Source: Spirochaetia bacterium
GTDB lineage: Bacteria; Spirochaetota; Spirochaetia; CADAEX01
Reading direction: 5' to 3'
Assembly: GCA_963662795.1 (NCBI GenBank)
Contig: OY759746.1
Location: 832,001-896,000, forward strand
Length of the DNA: 64,000 nt
Shown here: one piece after another, positions 57,825-64,000 of the stretch
Position numbering within the stretch: the stretch's first letter is position 1
How the letters are laid out: each line of letters begins with the position of its first letter
Made by a program: the position numbers and the translations under genes
Notes under the pieces: generated by a model
What the model was told of the DNA's origin: nothing
The model's database searches: none
What the model saw: the letters and a program-made list of their open reading frames with translations, nothing else

Positions 57825-59348
57825 TCAATAGTCGCCGTTATAACTCGTGCCATGAGGAGTCGTCCAACTGTAATCCTTTAATATTTCCGCCTTGGTGAGC
57901 TTGCCGTTTGCAACATCAATTAAAAGTCTATACAGTTCCATTCCACTTTCCTGTATCGTCTTTTCACCGTATAATACGGGTTTTGCCGAAAAATCGATCA
58001 TATCAGAAAGAACTTCAGCAGTCCGCGGATTCCCCGTGATTTTAATGGTGGTCATGCATGCATTGCCAATCGGATTGCCTCTGCCCGTAGTAAACATGCA
58101 GATATGGCAGTCGCTCATAGCTAACGTTGTCGTCGCATAAGCGTCGTTCGCACCTTGTGCCTGATTAATGCCCCACGCACCGCGTCCGGGTGCTCGTTCC
58201 CCGCATTCAAGAATCCCCTTGATCTTATTGTGTCCAGCTGTCTTAAAGCTGCCAAGGTTTTTCTCTGTCATTGTCGTTAGACCGCCAGCTTTGTTTCCGG
58301 GAGTCGGATTGACCTGCGAGAGGCCCTTCCCTCCGCGGCGCTTGCAGTCCTCGTTAAAAAAATCACCGATTTCCATAAGCCGCATACCAACTTCGTATGA
58401 TCCGGCTTGCGTCGGATAACCGCCGCGGCCAACAACGTGAACAATTGTACCACCTATGGAAGAATGAATATCGATCACTTCACCTACAAGAGGGTTGGCT
58501 GAAAGCCCGCTCGTCCAGTCGGAACCGCCATTGTATCCACTGATTATCAATCCACTCAACGGGCATGGTACACGTTTCTGAGAAGCAGCTTGATTCTTGA
58601 GTTCATTTACAGCTGTAACTCCATCACTGATCCCTTTACCTACGCCTCCGTCGGACTGAAGGCTGATACTGACAACCGGACGACCTGTTTTCTGTATTTC
58701 TTCCACAATATCTTCCGGATTAGTCTGTTGGCAGCCGAGAGAAAGCAGGACAACACCGTAGGTGTTTGGATGAGTCCCGGCAGTTATGAATCCTTTACGT
58801 GTACGTGCAAACCGGTCTGGGAATTCGCCGCACGCTGCATCTACAAAAGTCGCACCTACATCACAGGTATTAGCAATTTGCTGAGCAGCATTATTCGAAC
58901 ATTGTACAAGGGAAATGACGAGCACATTATTTCGTATACCGAACGTACCATCTTTTCGCGAATAGCCCATGATCATTTCAGGAACTTCCAGATCTTTTTT
59001 CTTATAGCGATTCTTGATTATATAATCCATATCTTTGGGCGCCATGGTACGATAATAAGCGCGCTTTTCACGATTAATTTCTTCAAAATCGTCATACACA
59101 TTATGATCATGTACCCAATCTCCCTTTTTGATCGGAGCAGTTGAAACGCCAATATGAACCCCGTATTTAATTATTTCCACGCCCTTAGGGATATCAACAC
59201 GTGCGATTTTGTGGCCTTCTTTGATAAATTCATTAGCGACAATTACTTCGCCGGCGACCATTGAACTCTCACCCTTTTCAATAGGTTCTATTGCAACCGC
59301 AACGTTGTCTTCGACTTCAATCAGCATCGAATTTTTTAAAGTAAACAT
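57825..59348 (-). CDS. UxaA/GarD/SuyAB-family dehydratase or lyase (fused SAF and GD_AH_C domains), divergent
   Basis: DNVAVA...GHKIAR...KYG (SAF), GY.RKDG.FGIRN, GGSD, NPTPGNKAGGLTT and FTTGRG. ATG 59348 has a GGAG SD. Confidence 0.88.
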   Translation of the reverse strand: MFTLKNSMLIEVEDNVAVAIEPIEKGESSMVAGEVIVANEFIKEGHKIARVDIPKGVEIIKYGVHIGVSTAPIKKGDWVHDHNVYDDFEEINREKRAYYRTMAPKDMDYIIKNRYKKKDLEVPEMIMGYSRKDGTFGIRNNVLVISLVQCSNNAAQQIANTCDVGATFVDAACGEFPDRFARTRKGFITAGTHPNTYGVVLLSLGCQQTNPEDIVEEIQKTGRPVVSISLQSDGGVGKGISDGVTAVNELKNQAASQKRVPCPLSGLIISGYNGGSDWTSGLSANPLVGEVIDIHSSIGGTIVHVVGRGGYPTQAGSYEVGMRLMEIGDFFNEDCKRRGGKGLSQVNPTPGNKAGGLTTMTEKNLGSFKTAGHNKIKGILECGERAPGRGAWGINQAQGANDAYATTTLAMSDCHICMFTTGRGNPIGNACMTTIKITGNPRTAEVLSDMIDFSAKPVLYGEKTIQESGMELYRLLIDVANGKLTKAEILKDYSWTTPHGTSYNGDY

Positions 59349-59372
59349 TTTAAAAATCTCCATCAAGTAGTT

Positions 59373-60563
59373 TTATTTCCGATTCGCGAACGCAACAGCA
59401 ATTCGCTCCATCAATTCCTGAATCATTGAACGCGGCGCCGCCAGATTGATACGTTCAAAGCCTTTGCCCTCCGGTCCAAAGATATACCCCTCATCCAGCG
59501 CAACCCTCGCTTGTTCATGCATCAGCTTCTCAAGTTGATGAGGCTCAGATTCGAGATGATTAAAGTCTATCCAAAGCAGATATGTGCCTTCCAGAGGATA
59601 TACAGTCACCACATCTCCCCATGTCTTTTCAACAAAGTGTTTAACAAAAAGATAATTTTCATGAATATATATCATACAGTGTTTTAGCCAGTCTTCTCCA
59701 TGTTGCCAAGCTGCCTTAGCAGCCACTGGCGCAAAATAATTCGGATGTGCTCTGCAATAGCGCTGAAAGACTTCATCATAACGTTCTCGAATTTTCTCAT
59801 CGGGAATCATGATACAGGAAAGGGCAAGCCCCGCTAGATTGAAAGTCTTGGAAGGAGCATGACATACGGCGCAATTCAATGCGAATTCTTCGCTGATCTT
59901 TGCAAAAACGGTGTGCTTGTATCCGTTAAAAATCAGATCGCTGTGAATCTCGTCAGCAATTACAAACAGTCCGTTTTTTGAGCAGATCTCACCCATTTTA
60001 CACAGCTCTTTCTCTGTAAATACCCTGCCTACAGGGTTGTGTGGATTGCTCATGAGAAAAGCCTTGCATCTCGATGAGGAAGCTTTCTTTTCGAAATCTT
60101 CAAAATTTATCTCAGCCCTGCCGCCTTTGAAGACAAGCGAATTGCTGACTACAACTCGTCTCTGCGTCTCGATAGTGGCAGTAAACGGATAATAAACCGG
60201 ACGCTGGATGAGAATTTCATCGCCCTCGTTTGTAACCGACTGGATAAGCATGTTGATTGCGCTGACAACACCAGGGCTGAACCGGAACCATTCCTTCATT
60301 GCATTCCAGCCATTCCGCCGCTTTTGCCAATATAGATACGCATCGATCATATCGTCATTGATATCTGTGTATCCTATCACACCATGCTTCGCAGCTTCTA
60401 CGAGCGCCTCAACCACCACAGGAGGCGTTTTGAAGTCCATATCTGCAATCCAAAATGAAAGAAGATCATCACGTCCAAATCGCTTTTTCAGTATCGAGGG
60501 CTCCCACTTTAATTGTCCTCGGCCTATACGTCTAACCACTGTGTCAAAATTATATTTATCCAT
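59373..60563 (-). CDS. MalY/PatB family PLP-dependent C-S lyase (cystathionine beta-lyase-like)
   Basis: WIADMDF, SNPHNPVGR, ADEIHSD, APSKTFNLAG and EGTYLLW. Confidence 0.92.
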   Translation of the reverse strand: MDKYNFDTVVRRIGRGQLKWEPSILKKRFGRDDLLSFWIADMDFKTPPVVVEALVEAAKHGVIGYTDINDDMIDAYLYWQKRRNGWNAMKEWFRFSPGVVSAINMLIQSVTNEGDEILIQRPVYYPFTATIETQRRVVVSNSLVFKGGRAEINFEDFEKKASSSRCKAFLMSNPHNPVGRVFTEKELCKMGEICSKNGLFVIADEIHSDLIFNGYKHTVFAKISEEFALNCAVCHAPSKTFNLAGLALSCIMIPDEKIRERYDEVFQRYCRAHPNYFAPVAAKAAWQHGEDWLKHCMIYIHENYLFVKHFVEKTWGDVVTVYPLEGTYLLWIDFNHLESEPHQLEKLMHEQARVALDEGYIFGPEGKGFERINLAAPRSMIQELMERIAVAFANRK

Positions 60564-60667
60564 ATATTAAACTCTTTTCTCCCAACTTCGAAACAAGATT
60601 CAGATACTTTTACTTTACGGCACTCTGCTTCACAGAATTTTCCCACGTCATTTGCAATTAAAACATA

Positions 60668-61630
60668 TTACAGGTTGTTTATTTCCCGTACATAGTGACA
60701 TTTAACAAAATGATTGGGGCTAACTTCCTCAAGTTCCGGTTCTTGATTAAAGCATTCCAGCTTTGCATAAACGCAGCGCGGAGCAAATCTGCAAGATTTT
60801 CCGACGTTAATCGGGGAAGTAATTTCTCCTTTTAAAATAATCTGTTTGTCTGGCGCGTTATACTTCGGAAGCGGAATCGCAGAAATCAACGCCTTTGTAT
60901 AGGGATGGTACTGGTTTTTGAAAATTTCATTTGAGTCCGTCTTCTCGACCATTTGCCCTAGGTACATAACCGTAATATTCTTGGAAATATGCTTTATAAC
61001 GGACAAGTCATGCGTAATAAATAAATAAGTAAGACCGCGTTCCTGTTGCAACTGCATCATCAAGTTCAGGATTTGTGCTTGAATAGAAACATCAAGAGCT
61101 GAAACCGGTTCATCGCAAACAATCAGTTTCGGATCCAGTATCAGTGCACGCGCTATGCCAATACGTTGCCGTCGCCCGCCATCCAGTTCATGAGGATAGA
61201 AATTCATCGTCCTCTCAGTCAAGCCAACGACATCCATTGTTTCCTTCACTTTTTTCTTGTATTCATCATAGCTGCTGGTAAGCTTATATATTTTCAGTGG
61301 CTCACCAATTATATCTGCTACCGTCTTTCTCGGATTAAGTGAGGCGTATGGATCTTGAAAAATAATCTGCATATCCTTGCGCAGTTTTTTAAGTTTTGCT
61401 CTGCTGACATCTGAAATGTTTTCACCGTTGAAGAAAATCTTGCCTTCTGTGCGTTCATGTAGATGCAGTATCACACGACCAAGCGTTGATTTGCCACAGC
61501 CAGATTCACCTACGATTCCAAGCGTCTCACCGGTGTTAACGCTAAAGGTTACATTTTCTACTGCCTGAAGCATACCCTGACGTGTTTCAAAATACTTTTT
61601 CAAATTTTCAACTCTCAGTATTTCAGACAT
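60668..61630 (-). CDS. Oligopeptide/dipeptide ABC transporter ATP-binding protein (OppF/DppF-like)
   Basis: GESGCGKST, YPHELDGGRRQR, CDEPVSALD and C-terminal CRFAPRC. ATG 61630 has a GGAGG SD. Confidence 0.92.
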   Translation of the reverse strand: MSEILRVENLKKYFETRQGMLQAVENVTFSVNTGETLGIVGESGCGKSTLGRVILHLHERTEGKIFFNGENISDVSRAKLKKLRKDMQIIFQDPYASLNPRKTVADIIGEPLKIYKLTSSYDEYKKKVKETMDVVGLTERTMNFYPHELDGGRRQRIGIARALILDPKLIVCDEPVSALDVSIQAQILNLMMQLQQERGLTYLFITHDLSVIKHISKNITVMYLGQMVEKTDSNEIFKNQYHPYTKALISAIPLPKYNAPDKQIILKGEITSPINVGKSCRFAPRCVYAKLECFNQEPELEEVSPNHFVKCHYVREINNL

Positions 61631-62606
61631 CCTGCACCTCCGGATAAGCATCCTTGTTGCAAAGGACCATGTGCCCCGGGGTTACCTCATAAAAACTCAC
61701 TTCGCCCTTTTTACATGCATCGTTCCTGTAAGAACACCTGGGATAAAACTTGCAGCCGTTGGGTAGATGAGCTGGATCAGGCATCATACCCGGGATTACA
61801 TTCAACACCTTCGATTCCTTTTCAATGTCAGGCAGCGAATTGAACAATCCTATGGTATAGGGATGCCTCATATCTGTATAGATATCCTTTAATGATCCCG
61901 ATTCCACAATTTCACCTGCATACACGATGGCTACATTATCACAGATCTTAGCAACGACACCGAGATCGTGCGTTATCATAATCATTGCAGTATCATACTC
62001 CTTTTTCAAGTTTCTCATGAGTTCCAGCACCTGTGCCTGTATTGTTACATCAAGAGCAGTAGTGGGCTCATCAGCGATAAGCAGGCTCGGGCTGCACGCC
62101 AGAGCAATTGCAATAACCACGCGCTGCTTCATACCTCCGGAAAACTGATGCGGATAATCAGAGTGTCTCTCACCCTGAATACCAACCATCTCCAACATTT
62201 CGATTGCCTTCTTCTTTGCTTCAGTTTTTGTAACATCATTGTGAAGAAGAATCACTTCTTCAATCTGATCGCCGATGGTAAGTACAGGGTTTAAGGACGT
62301 CATGGGGTCCTGAAATACCATTGATATTTTGTTACCACGTATATTCTGGAGCTGCTTTTCACTCATTTTTAGAATATTCTGGCCTTCAAACATAATTGAT
62401 CCCCCGACAATCTCCCCCGGCGGATCGGGGACCAATCCCATAATGCCAAGAGCTGTCGTCGTTTTACCAGCACCTGTTTCACCTACCAAACCAATGGTCT
62501 TACCTTTTTCAAGAGAGAAACTAATGCCGTTTACAGCACATATAGTCTCTTCATCCGTCACATAACGTATTTGAATATTTTTAACTTCCAGTAATTTTTC
62601 GCTCAT
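61623..62606 (-). CDS. Oligopeptide/dipeptide ABC transporter ATP-binding protein (OppD/DppD-like)
   Basis: GETGAGKT, YPHQFSGGMKQR, ADEPTTALDV and GCKFYPRC. Confidence 0.92.
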   Translation of the reverse strand: MSEKLLEVKNIQIRYVTDEETICAVNGISFSLEKGKTIGLVGETGAGKTTTALGIMGLVPDPPGEIVGGSIMFEGQNILKMSEKQLQNIRGNKISMVFQDPMTSLNPVLTIGDQIEEVILLHNDVTKTEAKKKAIEMLEMVGIQGERHSDYPHQFSGGMKQRVVIAIALACSPSLLIADEPTTALDVTIQAQVLELMRNLKKEYDTAMIMITHDLGVVAKICDNVAIVYAGEIVESGSLKDIYTDMRHPYTIGLFNSLPDIEKESKVLNVIPGMMPDPAHLPNGCKFYPRCSYRNDACKKGEVSFYEVTPGHMVLCNKDAYPEVQDV

Positions 62607-62626
62607 TCTAAACACCTACTCTGCAA

Positions 62627-63493
62627 TTATTTCTTCAGTCGAGGATCAAGACAATCACGAAGTCCATCCCCCACAACATTCAGGCTGTAAACAACCGCCA
62701 TGATTGCCAGTCCGGGAATCACTGTCAAATACCATTGTGTACGGATAAACATACGCCCGGCCGACAACATTGCACCCCATTCAGGTTCTGGAGGCTGAAT
62801 TCCAAATCCGAGAAAACTGAGAGCGGAAACTGCGATTATCGCTCCGGCCATGCTCAGAGTAGCTTGTACAATTAACGGTGCCAGCGAATTAGGAAGAATG
62901 TGATTTATTATGATTCTAACATCATTAGCGCCAATAGCGCGTGCCGCTTCTATAAACTCCTGTTCCTTGGTTGTCAAAACAGATGCTCTTACTACGCGAG
63001 CAAATTTTGGCGTTGATGACAAACCGACTGCAAGCATCAGATTAAACAATCCTGGCCCCAACGCTGTAATGATACATATAGCCAGCAGCATCTGAGGAAT
63101 TGCCATGAACAAGTCCATCGTCCGCATAATGATATTATCCAGCTTCCGATAATAAGCTGCAAGTACGCCTAACAGGAGGCCAAATAGGACGGAAATGCCT
63201 ACCGCAAAAAATCCTATCATAAGCGAATAGCGGCTACCGTAAATAAGCCTACTCAGTACGTCTCTGCCAAGATTATCTGTGCCGAAAATAAAGTCGTTGG
63301 ACGGAAACATCATTGCTCTGCTGGCATCTTGATCATCATATCCGTAAGGTGCAATTACTTTTGCAAAAATAGCAATTAAGACAAATATGCCCAAAATTAC
63401 AAGTCCGAACATAGCTAACTTATTCTTTTTAAAGCGACGCCAAATCTCATAAAACATTCTCACATGTTCAATCCGATTTTTATTCTTAACCAT
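62627..63493 (-). CDS. Oligopeptide/dipeptide ABC transporter permease (OppC/DppC-like)
   Basis: FGTDNLGRD, FIEAARAIGA, PPEPEWG and GDGLRD..DPR. Confidence 0.92.
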   Translation of the reverse strand: MVKNKNRIEHVRMFYEIWRRFKKNKLAMFGLVILGIFVLIAIFAKVIAPYGYDDQDASRAMMFPSNDFIFGTDNLGRDVLSRLIYGSRYSLMIGFFAVGISVLFGLLLGVLAAYYRKLDNIIMRTMDLFMAIPQMLLAICIITALGPGLFNLMLAVGLSSTPKFARVVRASVLTTKEQEFIEAARAIGANDVRIIINHILPNSLAPLIVQATLSMAGAIIAVSALSFLGFGIQPPEPEWGAMLSAGRMFIRTQWYLTVIPGLAIMAVVYSLNVVGDGLRDCLDPRLKK

Positions 63494-64000
63494 TACTTTG
63501 TTACCTCGCACTTTTTTTGACTTTTCCGGTTTCTCTTATTTTCATACAGGGTTTTCATTCTCGGATCAATATAAGAATATATGAGATCAACAAGTAAAGT
63601 CAAAATAGCAGAAACAAATGCGATGAGAAGAACACATCCCTGTACCGCAGCATAGTCTCTGCCGTTGATAGAATCCACAAGATATTTTCCGACGCCTGCA
63701 ATTGAGAAGATCACTTCGGTGATTATAGAACCAGCAAGCAATACGTTCAGTTGTAGACCGATAACCGTGATGATTGGAATCATCGCATTTCTTAACGCAT
63801 GCTTGATTACTATAACATGGTAAGTTTGGCCCTTTGCTTTAGCTGTCCTGATGTAGTCCTGACGAAGGACTTCAAGCATACAGGACCGAGTTGTCCGCAT
63901 GATCGTTGCAGAGGAGTTTACACCCAGTGCGATAACCGGCATAATCATCTGCTTCCATGAATTACCGTAGCCTGATGCAGGCAACCAGTGCAACACGACC
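63493..64000 (-). CDS. Oligopeptide/dipeptide ABC transporter permease (OppB/DppB-like), 3' part (5' end outside the window)
   Basis: QDYIRTAKAKG, HALRNA and VDLIYSYIDPR. Confidence 0.92.
   Translation of the reverse strand, partial: VVLHWLPASGYGNSWKQMIMPVIALGVNSSATIMRTTRSCMLEVLRQDYIRTAKAKGQTYHVIVIKHALRNAMIPIITVIGLQLNVLLAGSIITEVIFSIAGVGKYLVDSINGRDYAAVQGCVLLIAFVSAILTLLVDLIYSYIDPRMKTLYENKRNRKSQKKCEVTK

Noticed and set aside
57638-57898. 86-aa plus-strand ORF between iclR and the UxaA-family gene
   Set aside because: It overlaps the UxaA 3' end, has no recognisable motif, and I could not identify an IS remnant there.
60668-61630. ABC signature reads LDGGRRQR instead of LSGGQ
   Set aside because: This variant is common in the OppF/DppF subfamily and is not evidence of inactivation.
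990-63095. Many 60-190 aa antisense or nested ORFs in the track
   Set aside because: They are shadow frames of well-supported genes, without SD or motifs.

Overview
This is a gene-dense bacterial chromosomal window, most likely from an anaerobic spirochaete (Spirochaetia). The taxonomy is an inference from the prfA-prmC-rel synteny, the SthK-like channel and the 'AGGQKE'/'AMGKTE'-type solute-binding protein N-termini. It holds housekeeping and metabolic genes: partial zwf, a split metH, acyl-CoA synthetase, a lone trpB, fluC, an M23 peptidase, slyD, a PLD, a ROK kinase, prfA/prmC/rel, glf, trmL and azlCD. Transporters include CstA, an Afu/Fbp-type ABC, a TAXI-TRAP, an RND plus TolC and an Opp/Dpp ABC. 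I saw no rRNA, tRNA, CRISPR array or transposase. The best candidates for undescribed systems are: (1) a cstA operon with a small partner protein, a non-arsenic ArsA/GET3-type ATPase, a membrane-anchored protein that resembles eukaryotic PAT-complex subunit CCDC47 and a DUF59 CxxC protein; (2) a cyclic-nucleotide-gated K+ channel operon that also encodes a pore-less voltage-sensor protein fused to a receptor-like TM-periplasmic-TM-HAMP-like module; (3) a peptide-ABC / C-S lyase / divergent UxaA-family catabolic cluster. I also found a GIY-YIG gene missed by the ORF track (no canonical start), a fused PlsA-like ether-lipid enzyme coupled to a diguanylate cyclase, and two in-frame coding VNTRs. 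All homology calls come from motif recognition by eye; no searches were run.
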